From Selaginella moellendorffii (lineage: Eukaryota; Plantae; Lycopodiophyta), in contig NW_003314297.1 in the NCBI RefSeq assembly GCF_000143415.4, positions 1,031,430 through 1,095,429 on the forward strand: 64,000 nt of DNA, in the 5' to 3' direction. Under the pieces are notes generated by a model that saw nothing but the letters and a program-made list of their open reading frames with translations, did no database searches and was not told the origin of the DNA. A program made the position numbers and the translations under genes. Positions 10,715 through 22,836 of this stretch are shown here, piece by piece; position 1 is the first letter of the stretch; every line of letters starts with the position of its first letter.

Positions 10715-11685
10715 GTCGAGATGATAGGTGCATTGGGCGCTCGTTTGCAGCCATTCTCTCGCCTGCTGGATGATGAGAGTAGCCACCAGTCGAGAAGAGT
10801 GGATCATCCTCCGGATCAGACGAGTGGCTGAGAACAGCCTTGGCTGCTCGTCAACTTCATTTGCGCAAAAGACGAGGAGAGGATCCTCCATCATGACGTT
10901 TCCCCGGCTTTTCTGCTGGCCATGCACTGGATCAGCATCACGAAAGAGTGGATCGTTTCCGGATGCAGACTTGTGGCGAGCAAGAGCATACGGTGGCAAC
11001 CGCCTTGGTGGCCTCAGGAGCTCGCGAATTCGGGGATCAGCAGCCTCCTTCTTCCTGCCGGCATTCAACTACGATGATGGTCGAGGCTCCACTTTGGTAA
11101 TGAGGTGCTCCCGCTGGTTCCTGCTGCTGCCGCTGTTGCCACCGCTAGGCTGATGGCCATACTCCACCAGGATGATGTCGCCGTGCACCTTGTTCCTTCT
11201 CCGCTTCAAGTGTATCCAGACTCCAGTAACGATGGCTACCAGTGCGAGCAGGAGCATAACGATGCCGGCCGCGAGCACACCAGGTGATGCCACGAATGCT
11301 GCTGCTGCTGCTGCTGAAGATGGTGCTGACGGCACAGTGGGCCTTGGTTTCCACGTTATGGTCGAAGGTGGTGGCGATGGCGGCCTTGGGTTCCACGTTA
11401 TGCTTGAAGGTGGTGGCGTTATGCTCGAAGGTGGTGGCGATGACGGCCCGGCCCTCCTTGGTCGCCAGGTTACAGTGTCGGCCTTGTTGGGCTGCGAAGA
11501 AGAAGGTGGCGGCCCTGTACCAGCTCGTCGATGTCCATGGTGCCTCTTTGGCTCTGCTGCTGGGTTCCTTGGTGGGCGGAGAGCTCGGTGGTGCTCAGAG
11601 CTCGGCGGTGGATGTCCAGCTCCATGATCCTCACGTGCTCCCGGTGAGGCGGCGGGGGTGGGGGTGTGGAGATTTTGTGAGCCAT
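10715..11685 (-). pseudogene. Pro-rich single-pass membrane protein, copy 3 (frameshifted, 3' end replaced)
   Basis: ORFs 11470..11685, 11069..11698, 10592..11068; homology stops at ~10715. Confidence 0.75.
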
Positions 11686-12321
11686 AGTCAGATTTCAAGC
11701 TTACGAAAAAGTCGCAGTATTTCAGCTCAAGAGAGAAAATTGCTTACTTCCCCTTTTATAAGGCATTAAAGTGTCTGAAAGCTAAGTACGGTAAACGAAT
11801 AGTATATTCTGGAAATCTATAAGATCTGTGAACTTAATCTGGGCCGTCTATTGGACAGTCATTGTTGTACAATCTAGACCGTGCATTTAAAACATTCTGG
11901 ACCGTTTATTTATATACAATCTGAGCCGCCCACTGTGTAAAATCTGGGCTGTTGTATTAATTAGATCAAAGCCGTATGATCTGAACCGTCCCATATTTAA
12001 CTGATGGGTGTGGCCGTGGGGTCTTACAAGAACATGTGTTGCTTTCAAACACTACTTAGGATTGCTTTCATCTTTTCGAGCTAAACTCCATGGCTTTCTC
12101 TATCTGCAAGCTTGTAGTACGAACTTGAAGGGTTGGAGAGATTTTTATGAGCATTATAGAAAGAGAAGAAATTTTCAAACACGGAACCAAAATAGATAAC
12201 GACTAAGCAATGCCGTCCCACGACAACTGTCTATGGCTCGCTATAAATACGAGCCCCTCCCACCTCACAAATCAAACCACTTCTCTCTAATATAACAAGC
12301 TTACTTCTCTAGCAGCAAATC

Positions 12322-12519
12322 ATGGAGAACAAGGCTTTCTTCGTGTTGTTTTTGGCGCTCGCCATATTTGTCATGATGCTGGCCATGGGCGTGGACGTGG
12401 GAGGACTCGCAAAGGCTGCTGCTCAGCGCTGCCAGTCGGGGTGGTATTGGTATGTCAACAGTTGCCACTGTTGCCAGAGGGGTTGGAGCTGGCGCAACAA
12501 TCGCTGGTGGCGCAACTGA
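12322..12519 (+). CDS. Secreted Cys/Trp/Arg-rich peptide precursor, 65 aa (family A, copy 3, Cys-shift variant)
   Basis: Intact ORF; mature QRCQSGWYWYVNSCHCCQRGWSWRNNRWWRN. Confidence 0.75.
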   Translation: MENKAFFVLFLALAIFVMMLAMGVDVGGLAKAAAQRCQSGWYWYVNSCHCCQRGWSWRNNRWWRN

Positions 12520-12837
12520 AACCTCTCGTTTCACGGGGTAAGCCCAAGTTAAGAATCAGCATCATAATTGCTTTTGATTTTATCGTTCTGCAGTGCCAAG
12601 GGTCTGGAAACAAGAATAAAGACACTGATAACGTGTTTTCTGTATCGTGCGATGTTGCATAGTATTGCATGAGTTCCAGGAATAAAATATAAATTGTCCA
12701 AGCCTTGATACAAAATGTCTGAATCTGTCCTTGGTCCTTCTCCTGTCTTCTCCAAATCCCACGACTTCCAATCGATTGCTCCAATTATCGGCAAGCAATA
12801 AGACTTGATTGGAGCATCAAAACCAGGCCCAGGCACA

Positions 12838-12992
12838 CCTGCGGTGGGAGTGGAGGTCGGGGGCATCACCAAGGCGATGGCGCAGCCCTTGGTACTGGAA
12901 TGGATTTCGCTGCGTGCAATGCAATTGGTACAGGTATGACAAACAGCTGCCATCGAGGGTGGCGCTGGAATGGCAGCCGCTGCATCTGCTGA
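12838..12992 (+). pseudogene. Peptide paralogue family B remnant
   Basis: WYWNGFRCVQCNWYRYD then frameshift. Confidence 0.6.
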
Positions 12993-13350
12993 AGAATTGC
13001 CGAAGTTTGCGAGCCTCGGGCCTCGAAGAAGCACGGGACCGAATCTCGAATCATGAAAAGTTGGGTTGACAGCCTGGATGAGATATATGTAGAATAAGAG
13101 TGAACGAAGATGTTTTGGAGTCTATTCGTCTTTGATGCCCTGGGTCTGGGACTGTCAATGATAAATATGGTGCGTTTTCTGGACAGTTGTTGTTGCAGTG
13201 TAACGTTCGCAATGTATGGACTTTTAATATATAGAAACATGATATACTCAGTCAAAAAACTTGAACCAGAATGACAGGATAATTTAGAACATGACAAATA
13301 AAATAGAAAGAAAGCCAAGTCAATCTATCTGGGCTCAAAATTATATTATA

Positions 13351-13572
13351 NNNNNNNNNNNNNNNNNNNNNNNNNNNNNNNNNNNNNNNNNNNNNNNNNN
13401 NNNNNNNNNNNNNNNNNNNNNNNNNNNNNNNNNNNNNNNNNNNNNNNNNNNNNNNNNNNNNNNNNNNNNNNNNNNNNNNNNNNNNNNNNNNNNNNNNNNN
13501 NNNNNNNNNNNNNNNNNNNNNNNNNNNNNNNNNNNNNNNNNNNNNNNNNNNNNNNNNNNNNNNNNNNNNNNN
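13351..13572. other. Assembly gap (N run)
   Basis: 222 consecutive N. Confidence 0.99.
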
Positions 13573-13899
13573 TCTCTTCCAGAGATCGTCAAGATCCAAC
13601 TATTTATTGGATTTTTATTCTTTTCAGTGGCAGTGAAATCTATAGCAATGGTGAAAAGACTAGAATGATGTCTTTACTCATCTGGATTCACAGCTTCATT
13701 TCGTGTGTTGTTCTATGTCCCAGCATTATAGAAAAGAAAAGGAAACGACTTCCTCGACTAACTTTCAAAGGACAAAGTGATGCCGTCCCAAGAGGCGCCA
13801 CTCAAGCATTGTCTGCTGCCTCGAGCTATAAATACGAGCGGCCTCACAGATCAAATCACTTCTCTCGAATATACTAGAGTTCGTTGAACTCTTAGTTTC

Positions 13900-14061
13900 A
13901 TGGAGAACAAGGCTTGCCTGGTGTTGTTTTCGGTTCTCGCCATGTTGGTGATGCTGGCCATGGGAGTGGGCGTGGGAGGAATCGCAAAGGCTGCTGCCCA
14001 AGGCTGCCTGTCCGATAGTTGCCACCGATGCCCTCGAGGACGGCGCTGGTATGCTCTGTGA
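13900..14061 (+). CDS. Peptide paralogue family C, 53 aa, possibly degenerate
   Basis: MENKACLVLFSVLAMLVMLAMGVGVGGIAKAAAQGCLSDSCHRCPRGRRWYAL*; three Cys in the mature part; TATA at ~13827; below the ORF-track size cutoff. Confidence 0.5.
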   Translation: MENKACLVLFSVLAMLVMLAMGVGVGGIAKAAAQGCLSDSCHRCPRGRRWYAL

Positions 14062-14333
14062 TCGTAAGGGATTGTTTTGCAAATTTTGGCGACAACGTGT
14101 TCTTTGAAAGCGCAAATAGGAGCGATATGAAGTTAACGGATTATGGATAAAGTCGGTGAAATGACCACCGTTTAGTGCGCCAACCTCATGCACAAATTGC
14201 CCCATGTCTTTGGAAACGCTTATTTGCCATTGACAAATCAAAGTTCTATCTTGTCAGTCTCCAGGAAAACGCCGGTAAGATGACAGGAATCACTACCACG
14301 CAGACGTACCGATTCAAGCTTCTAGAATAGGCC

Positions 14334-15860
14334 GTGGACGATCTAGAGCAGCGCACATCGTCGCTCGACGACGACTACGCGCAAGTCCTCACAGCTTGCA
14401 TCGATTTGCGTCAAGGCGCCAGGCTCCACGCGCTTATCTTTGGGGGCAGCCACCACCAATCCAACAGGTACCTCGCAAATCTTCTCATCCAACTCTGCGC
14501 GCGGATCGAGAATGGCAGGTGTTTATCAGCATCCACGAGTCCAACAGATTAACTTGATGCTTGGCGCTTATGCCCAGAATGGGTACCTTGAGAAAGCAAA
14601 AGAGCTGTTTGATCAGATGCCACAAAGGGATATTGTTGCTTGGATGGTTTTTATTACGGCTCGTGAAAACCATGGAAACATGGAGGAATGCCAAGCATTG
14701 TTGATCAGGTTCCAGAATGGGATGTAAATTTCTGGAACTCTCTACTTAAAGCATATGCCCATAACGGGCATATGGACCAGATCTTTGATGGAATGGTAGA
14801 ACACAAACTGTTATGGTTTCTGGGTATGCAAGAACAATTCTTGTTAAATAAGTGCTAATTTTGTTTATGAGAATTCCCGAAACCAACGAGCTGGGATGAA
14901 CTGTACTTGTCACTGCATATGCCCAGCTTGAGCATAATGAAAAAGCCAAGGAGCGTTTCAGTAAAATGCCACACCGCGACTTAATCTCGTGGAGCGCAAT
15001 GCTAGCGGCAACGTCCAGCCCGCAAGAAGCAAGGTCTCTGTTTGATGCCATACCACAGAAGAACGTTGCATCGTGGTCGACAATATCACAGCACTGGCCG
15101 AGAGAAACCAGCTCGAAGAAGCTCGCATTCTCTTCGATCGACCTCCCTATCACGACGACGTGGTGTGGACTAACATGATCTTGGCCTATTCCAACCACGG
15201 CCACCTCGAAGAAGCCATGAAGATGTCCACAGTGCGATTTCGTCGCTTAGACGGCAATGGTGGCGGCAATTGCTTTGCACGGGGGCTTGATCGATGCCAG
15301 AGTCTTGTTCGACCAAATGCCACAGCACGATAGCATCGCGTGAAACAGAGCAATTGCCCTCGTCCAAGCGCGGGAGCTGAGAGCAACAGCGAGCTGGATT
15401 GCCGCGAGCGCTCAAAGGGGGAATCTCTTGCAGGCCGGGAAGATCTTCTCCACGTTGCCTGATCAGAGCATTGTGGCGTGGAACGCGATGATCCATGGCT
15501 GCGCACAGAATGGCCATGAGCGAAAAGCAGCTGAGTTTTTTGGCAGCATGGAGCTTCCCACCGTGATTGCAAGTCAGGAGAATCGCCTGGAAACTTATCT
15601 CGTTTCTGGTCTCGCCCTCCATCGCCGTGTGGCAGTCGATTACTTTCGATCGATGGTGGCCTAGCACACAGCATTCCGAAGGTCTGCTGCTGGCGATGCC
15701 CTTCCAGCCGCATTTCCTCGCGTGGAAGAGCTTGATCAGCGCTTGCAAGCGGCAAGAACATCGATGCTGCAGCTCGTGCCGCAGAGAAACTCTTGGAGAT
15801 GGAACCAGGGGACTCGGCGCTGTACGTGCTCATGTCGAATCTGCAAAAGCAGGATTCCAG
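14334..15860 (+). pseudogene. PLS-class PPR (E-type) pseudogene
   Basis: Many frameshifted PPR fragments (MPQRDIVAW, MPHRDLISWSAML, DQSIVAWNAMIHGCAQNGH) plus E domain. Confidence 0.85.
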
Positions 15861-16559
15861 AGAAAGCTTGCCTTCCAACGTTCATGGGTGGCCTTGCAAC
15901 AGCTCGGTTTTTCAAAGATCTGGGACAGCACACTGCACCCAAGGAAGAAGAGGAAAAGTAAGAAACATAAACACAAAATTTGACCAACCTGATGTGATCT
16001 AACTGATGAACAGCAAATTCGTTCATTAGCTTGTTCACAAGCGTAACTTTAACGAGATTTAATTAGTAACAGAAAAGTAATTATAAAATAGTTTTAAACT
16101 TATAATCGCTTTCATTCGTGAGGGTCCTGTCGCTGATCACTACTGCTGCGTGGGCGTGCGGGATTGCCCAAGAGATTGTCAAGAGCCTGCCAGTCAGAAG
16201 AGACGATGTAGCATTTACCTACTTTTCTTGGTGGAATCGTACCGAGTCTGTGGTCGAAATGGAAGATAAGAACTCTGGAGCGTGTATTAGGAGTATACTA
16301 GCATCTCTATGGAACTTTGAGTTTGTACGAGGGACGTCGGAGATATATGTTCAATTTTGACATGATCAGTTAACACTTGATAGTGCAAGATTGCCAAAAC
16401 GAATGAGTGTGTAGGTCCTGATCTGCAAATATCCCGACACAAATCTGTAAGCTCCAGTGCCTCCAATTACTGCAATCTTCATCAAAGATTAAAGAGATCT
16501 GCAAAAGTTACAACGGACAAGGATGGCTCAAGGATAGCTAAATATGATTAAGAGATATG

Positions 16560-16830
16560 CCTTAAGCCCTATTGCCACCTAGGATCATGTCATAAAGAGC
16601 GTATATCCTGGTATTCTCATCGCCTTGAACACAACCACAAATGTCAAGAACAAACCGGTTGTGATGTTGGTGTTGGTGGAATCGTCGTTGATGTACGTCC
16701 CTTTGGCTCTTCCCACAATCTGGGAGGCACGTGAAGGAGAACATCGCCGATGACAAACACCACTCCAAAATTCTGGGGGGGTGCGACCAAAACCACCATG
16801 GAATTTCATTTGAGTTGCATGAGAAAAACA
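16560..16830 (-). pseudogene. Dirigent-like protein remnant
   Basis: SQIVGRAKGTYI...LFLTFVVVF matches the dirigent VGRAQGxY motif. Confidence 0.6.
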
Positions 16831-17099
16831 AACTGAGAGGCCGTAGGATTTCTGGTGTTGTCTAATCAATAACATTATCACCAACTACAGCATAACAAAG
16901 CATCTATAGTTTAGATTTCTAAAATTTGAAAAAAATAAATATGTGATCATCCAGGCTAATTGTATATCAATGATTGATGGTTCTTCTTAAACTTTTGTAC
17001 CCTGATGAAAAGCGAGGAAGGTAAAAGGACCTTCCTGTGACTTACTCAAGCCGAAAGCCAGATGAATGACGAGCTTTCACTCTTTATTCTATTTGTTTT

Positions 17100-18644
17100 T
17101 CACTTGGTTGTCTCTTGCAGTGCCTGCAATCAAAGAGTAGCATCTAGACAAATTGACTTCAAAGAAACGTACTTCATCAAATTCCCTGTCTCTCAAGGGT
17201 GGAAGAATTCACCAGGATACAGAAAGACTCATACCTGGTCGGCGTTTTTACGAAGCGTGCCCCGGAGCAGATGGCTCCACCTCCAAATCACTCTTGACCC
17301 GCTTGGGATCATTGGCTGTCAACTTCCGGACGAGGTTCTCGTCGCTCGTGATCTCGGGGCTGTTCTCCACATCGCGCTTCCTGATCGATTCAGCTTCATC
17401 AGTCCATATTGTCAGCTCAAGTGCAGAGACTACTAACCTGTGGGAAAAAGGCCGGATGCGGGGCTCCATCATGATGAACTTCTGCATTTGTTTCTCCATC
17501 TCAGCCCGCTTCTTTGCCAAAGCGGCGACATCTCCAGGATCGAACACGGTGCCAGAACGATGCGCCACCTCTCGTCCTTGTTCCCGTCCATGAAACTGCT
17601 CTGAAACCCCGTAGCGTCGAGATGATAGGCACACTGGGATCTCGTTTGGAGCCATTTTCTCGCCTGCTGGATGATGAGAGTAGCCACCAGTCGAGAAGAG
17701 TGGATCATCCTCCGGAGTGGCTGAGAACAGCCTTGGCTGCTCGTCAACTTCATGCGCAGGAAAGACGACGAGAGGATCCTCCATCGTGACGTTTTCCCGG
17801 CTTCCTTGCTGGCCATGCACTGGATCAGCAGCACGAAAGAGTGGATCGTTTCCGGATGCAGACTTGTGGCGAGCACCAGAGGGAAGAGCAGACGGTGGCA
17901 GCCGCCTTGGTGGCTTCAGGAGCTCGCAAATTAGGGGGTCAGCAGCCGCCTTCTTCCTGCCGGCATTCAACTGCGATGATGGTCGAGGCAATACTTTGGT
18001 CGGAGGAATATTAATGAGGTGCTCCTGCTGGCTGCTGCTGCTGCCGCTGTTGCCACCACCAGGCTCATGGCCATACTCCACCAAGATGTCGTCGTGCACC
18101 TTCTCCTCTTCAAGAGTATCCAGACTCCAGTGACGATGGCTACCAGCGTGAGCAGGAGCATGACGATGGCTGCCGCGAGCACACCAGGTGATGCCACGAA
18201 TGCTGCTGCTGCTGAAGATGGTGCTGACGACGCAGTAGGCGGAGAGGTGCCCAAGCCAAGGGGCCTTGTTATGGTCGAAGGTGGTGGCGATGGCGGCCCG
18301 GCCCTCCTTGGTGGCCAGGCTACAGTCTCGGCGAAGAAGAAGGTGGTGGCCCTGTAGCAGCTCCATCACCGGCTCGTTGATGTCCATGGTGTCTCTTTGT
18401 GGGCGGAGGGCTCGGTGGTGGATGTCCGGTTCCATGATGCTCAGGAGAACTCGCTGGTGGCTTTGCCGGTGAGTGATGTCCCTCTGTGGGCTTTGGTGGT
18501 GAATGACTGTGCCTCTTGACTGGCGCCGGCGGAGACCTCTTTGGTGGCGGAGATGAAGTTGTCGGCGCCCTCTTTGGCGATGGTTTGGGCGGCGCGTGCT
18601 CCCGGTGAGGCGGCGGCGATGGCGTGGAGATTTTTGCGAGCCAT
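17100..18644 (-). pseudogene. Pro-rich single-pass membrane protein, copy 4 (frameshifts)
   Basis: TM segment lies in a different frame (17967..18254) from the cytoplasmic tail (in 17248..18663). Confidence 0.8.
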
Positions 18645-19970
18645 AGTCAGAGAAGACGCTCAAGCTTACCAGAGAAAGTCGCAGACTAGTATTTCAGCTC
18701 AAACAGAGAATTGCTTGCTTCTTTTTTAGGGCATTTACTTACGATGTGTACGGTAAACGAATGGTAGAGATTGAAAAAGTTCCTATATGTCGCCATAGAC
18801 GCGGAGGATGCGGTGTGGAGGCCGGCGACGAGCGCGCGGTACTCGGCCTCGATGATGGCCGGCCGAGGTAAATGCCGCCGCAGGCGACCTCGGCATCGTG
18901 GTAATCGAGGAGGAGGAAGCCGCCGGCGCATGTTGCACAAGCTTATATAATAACTTGAATAGATTACGCTTCTGATGAAAAGGACCATTTTCTCCACAAA
19001 ACAAAATGTTCTGTGGGTTTCCGTAACTATCACCAAAGCCCGTCCGGCCAGAGCTGCGGTGAGCCTGTAATCCTCATCCTGTAAACGCGCGCTGCTGGCC
19101 CCCCTTTAGAGCTCGCGGAGTATTATTCAATCTCTCTCTCCTCGACGCCCTCGCGAGGTCCTTCGCCTCGTGTTTCTGCGCGTCAGCTCTGCTGCTCAAC
19201 ATGATAATCGCGCGCGGCAGCGGGATCGAATCGATGAAGTCGCAGATTTCTAATGCCCCGGGGAGTGATGCTTTGCCAGAGCTCTGGAGCGCCTTCGACT
19301 AGCATGAATAGCTGCCGAGAGTGGGACTTTGCCCGATGCGACATCCGCTTCAAACAGCTCCAACTTATCCACGGAAAGGCTCGTCTCGTTCACGAAGATC
19401 CTCCGTCTCACCAAAACAGTGGTGCTCTCCTCAAATTAGGGCAGCCGGCAGTGGACAACAACCATTCTTATCAGGAGTTACTAAGTAACTTTGTTCAAAA
19501 TCCCAAGCCAAAACTATGACTCCCTTGTCATCTTTTTGTGCAAAAGCAGTCCCAAATCATCCCTCGTCATTTAGCTTTAGCTTGTCTTCATGTGGTTCAC
19601 TTCGTCCAATTGTACATCATATCCAAAGATTATCTCAAACAATCCGTTTGTAAATAAAAATGGAGGCTTTCCTTTCTTCTACTTTCTGTCTGTCACTTAG
19701 TGTTCTTGATGAAAGCTTTATTCCTCTCCTGGATTCGAGTGATGTTTTGGTGTGTGCTCTTGTTTTGCAACTTGTACCATTGAGGTGATTAAGAAAGATG
19801 ACAGCAACAACTTTGCATAAAACGCACCATTTTTATCATTGACAGTCTCAGGGCACCAAACACGTGAATAGACTCCAAAATTTTCTTCGTTCACTCTTAG
19901 TCTATTTATATATCACTTTTCATGATTCGAGATTCGTTCCCGTGGTTCTTCGAAGCCCTTTGGCAATTCT

Positions 19971-20136
19971 TCAGCGGAAGCAGCGGCTGCCATTCCAGCG
20001 CCACCCTCGATGGCAGCTGTTGTCATACCCGTACCAATTGCATTGCGCGCAGCGAAATCCATCCCACTACCATCCTCCGCAGCAGCGATGCGCCATCGCC
20101 ATGGTGATCCCCCCAACCTTCACTCCCACCGCTGGG
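19971..20136 (-). pseudogene. Peptide paralogue family B, most complete remnant
   Basis: AVGVKVGGITMAMAHRCCGGW*WDGFRCAQCNWYGYDNSCHRGWRWNGSRCFR*; one in-frame TAG where other copies have TAC. Confidence 0.65.
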
Positions 20137-20454
20137 TGTGCCTGGGCCTGGTTTTGATGCTCCAATCGAGTCTTATTGCTTGCCGATCATTGGAGCAATC
20201 GATTGGAAGTCGAGGGATTTGGAGAAGAGAGGAGGAGGACCAAGGACAGATTCAGACATTTTATATCAAGGCTTGGACAATTTATATTTTATTGCTGGAA
20301 CTCATGCAATGCCATGCAGCATCGCACGATACAGAAAACACGTCATCAGTGTCTTTATTCTTGTTTCCAGACCCTTGGCACTGCAGAACGATGAAATCAA
20401 AGGCAATTACGATGCTGATTCTTGACTTGGCCTTACCCCGTGAAACTGGAGGTT

Positions 20455-20652
20455 TCAGTTGCGCCAGCAGCGATTGTTGCGCCAGCTCCAACCCCTCTGG
20501 CAACGGTGGCAACTGTTGTCATACCAATACCACCCCGACTGGCAGCGCTGGGCAGCAGCCTTTGCGATTCCTCCCACGTCCACGCCCATGGCCAACATCA
20601 TCACAAACATGGCGAGTGCCAAAAACAACAGGAAGAAAGCCTTGTTCTCCAT
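20455..20652 (-). CDS. Secreted Cys/Trp/Arg-rich peptide precursor, 65 aa (family A, copy 4, inverted cassette)
   Basis: Intact ORF; mature QRCQSGWYWYDNSCHRCQRGWSWRNNRCWRN. Confidence 0.85.
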   Translation of the reverse strand: MENKAFFLLFLALAMFVMMLAMGVDVGGIAKAAAQRCQSGWYWYDNSCHRCQRGWSWRNNRCWRN

Positions 20653-21279
20653 GCTTTGCTGCTTGTTCTATTAGAGAGAAGTGCTTTGATCTGTGAGGCA
20701 GGAGGGGCTCATATTTATAGCTCGAGCCAGCACACAATGCTAGAGAGTTGTCGTGGGACGGCATTGCTTAGTCCTTATCTAATTTGGTTCCGTGTTTGAG
20801 AATTTCTTCTCGTTTCTATAATATCTCTCCAACCCTTCAAATGAGGATCACTAAGTTCCACAAAATCGCCTGCTAAAACTTTACAAGTTCATATTACAAG
20901 ACCCTCGGAAACTTTTGCCCAGAATCGCATGTGTATGGGACGGTTGAGATCATGTGAGATCGACGGCTTCGATTTAATTAATACGACAGCCAAGATTTTA
21001 TACAGTGTACGGCTCAGATTGTATATAAAGGAACGGTCCAGAAAATTTTAAATGCACGGTCTAGATTGTACAAGAATGACTACTATTCTTCTATTTGTAC
21101 GAAAATACCATTCGTTTACCGTACACATTATATAAGTACGCTAAGTTGAAGTACTTAGCTTGTCAGACACTTTAATGCCCTAAAAAAGGGGGAAGTAAGC
21201 AAGCGCGAGTTTCCTCTGGTAAGCAAGCGAGCTTGAGCCGAAATACTGCGACTTTCTCTGGTAAGCTTGATCTCTGACT

Positions 21280-22836
21280 ATGGCTCGCAAAATCTCCACG
21301 CCACCGCCCCGCCGCCTCACCGGGAGCACGCGAGGGACGCCACCGCCTAAACCATCGCCAAAGAGGGCGCCGACAACTCCATCTCCGCCACCAAAGAGGT
21401 CTCCAACGGCGCCAGCCAAGAGGCACAGTCATTCACCACCAAAGCCCACAGATGGACATCACTCACCAGCAAAGCCACCACCGAGTTCTCCTGAGCATCA
21501 TGGAGCTGGACATCCACCACCGAGCTCTCCGCCCACCAAGGAACATCGAGCAGCAGAGCCAAAGAGGCACCATGGACATCGACGAGCTGATGATGGAGCT
21601 GCTACAGGGCCGCCACCTTCTTCTTCGCCGCCCAACAAGGCCGACACTGTAACCTGGCGACCAAGGAGGGCCGGGCCATCATCGCCACCACCTTCGAGCA
21701 TAACGTGGAACCCAAGGCCGCCATCGCCACCACCTTCGACCATAACGTGGCAACCAAGGCCCCTTGGCTTGGACACCTCTCCGCCTACGGCGTCGTCAGC
21801 ACCATCTTCAGCAGCAGCAGCAGCTGCAGCTGCATTCGTGGCATCACCTGGTGTGCTCGCGGCAGGCATCGTTATGCTCCTGCTCGCACTGGTAGCTATC
21901 GTCACTGGAGTCTGGATACTCTTGAAGAGGAGAAGGAACAAGGTGCACGGCGACATCCACCACGACGACATCCTGGTGGAGGATGGCCACCAGCCTAGCG
22001 GTGGCAACAGCGGCAGCAGCAGCAACCAGCGGGAGCACCTCATTACCAAAGTGGAGCCTCGACCATCATCGCAGTTGAATGCCGGCAGGAAGAAGGCGGC
22101 TGCTGACCCCCTAATTCGCGAGCTCCTGAGGCCACCAAGGCGGCTGCCACCGTCTGCCCTTCCCGCTGGTGCTCGCCACAAGTCTGCATCCGGAAACGAT
22201 CCACTCTTTCGTGCTGCTGATCCAGTGCATGGCCAGCAGGGAAGCCGGGGAAACGTCATGATGGAGGATCCTCTCGTCGTCTTTCCTGCGTATGAAGTTG
22301 ACGAGCAGCGAAGGCTGTTCTCAACCACTCCGGAGGATGATCCACTCTTCTCGACTGGTGGCTACTCTCATCATCCAGCAGGCAAGAAAATGGCTGCAAA
22401 CGAGCTCCCAGTGCGCATATCATCTCGACGCAACGGGGTTCCAGAGCAGTTTCATGGACGGGAACAAGGACGAAAGGTGGCGGATCGTTCTGGCATCGTG
22501 TTCGATCCTGGAGATGTCGCAGCACTGGCAAAGAAGCGGGCTGAGATGGAGAAGCAAATGCAGAAGTTCATCATGATGGAGCCCCGCATCCGGCCTTTTT
22601 CCCACAGGTTAGTAGTCTCTGCACTTGAGCTGACAATATGGACTGATGAAGCTGAATCGATCAGGAAGCGCGATGTGGAGAACAGCCCCGAGATCACGAG
22701 CGACGAGAACCTCGTCCGGAAGTTGACAGCCAATGATCCCAAGCGGGTCAAGAGTGATTTGGAGGTGGAGCCATCTGCTCCGGGGCACGCGTCTCTGACG
22801 GGTGAAAACGCCGATCAGTTACGAGCCTTTCTGTGA
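21280..22836 (+). CDS. Pro-rich single-pass membrane protein, copy 5 (open ORF; probable in-frame intron 22608..22664; downstream splice sites mutated)
   Basis: 518-aa ORF: ~185-aa Pro/Ser/His-rich N-terminus with SPPP motifs, one TM helix followed by KRRR, low-complexity tail. Confidence 0.7.
   Translation: MARKISTPPPRRLTGSTRGTPPPKPSPKRAPTTPSPPPKRSPTAPAKRHSHSPPKPTDGHHSPAKPPPSSPEHHGAGHPPPSSPPTKEHRAAEPKRHHGHRRADDGAATGPPPSSSPPNKADTVTWRPRRAGPSSPPPSSITWNPRPPSPPPSTITWQPRPLGLDTSPPTASSAPSSAAAAAAAAFVASPGVLAAGIVMLLLALVAIVTGVWILLKRRRNKVHGDIHHDDILVEDGHQPSGGNSGSSSNQREHLITKVEPRPSSQLNAGRKKAAADPLIRELLRPPRRLPPSALPAGARHKSASGNDPLFRAADPVHGQQGSRGNVMMEDPLVVFPAYEVDEQRRLFSTTPEDDPLFSTGGYSHHPAGKKMAANELPVRISSRRNGVPEQFHGREQGRKVADRSGIVFDPGDVAALAKKRAEMEKQMQKFIMMEPRIRPFSHRLVVSALELTIWTDEAESIRKRDVENSPEITSDENLVRKLTANDPKRVKSDLEVEPSAPGHASLTGENADQLRAFL

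Noticed and set aside
13252-13668. ORFs spanning N runs (also 34961-35608)
   Set aside because: Open only because of assembly gaps.
21498-22328. Long antisense and alternative-frame ORFs over the Pro-rich gene (also 33747, 43646, 17248)
   Set aside because: Shadow ORFs of GC-rich coding sequence, mostly with GTG/TTG starts; 17248..18663 is a frameshift mosaic.
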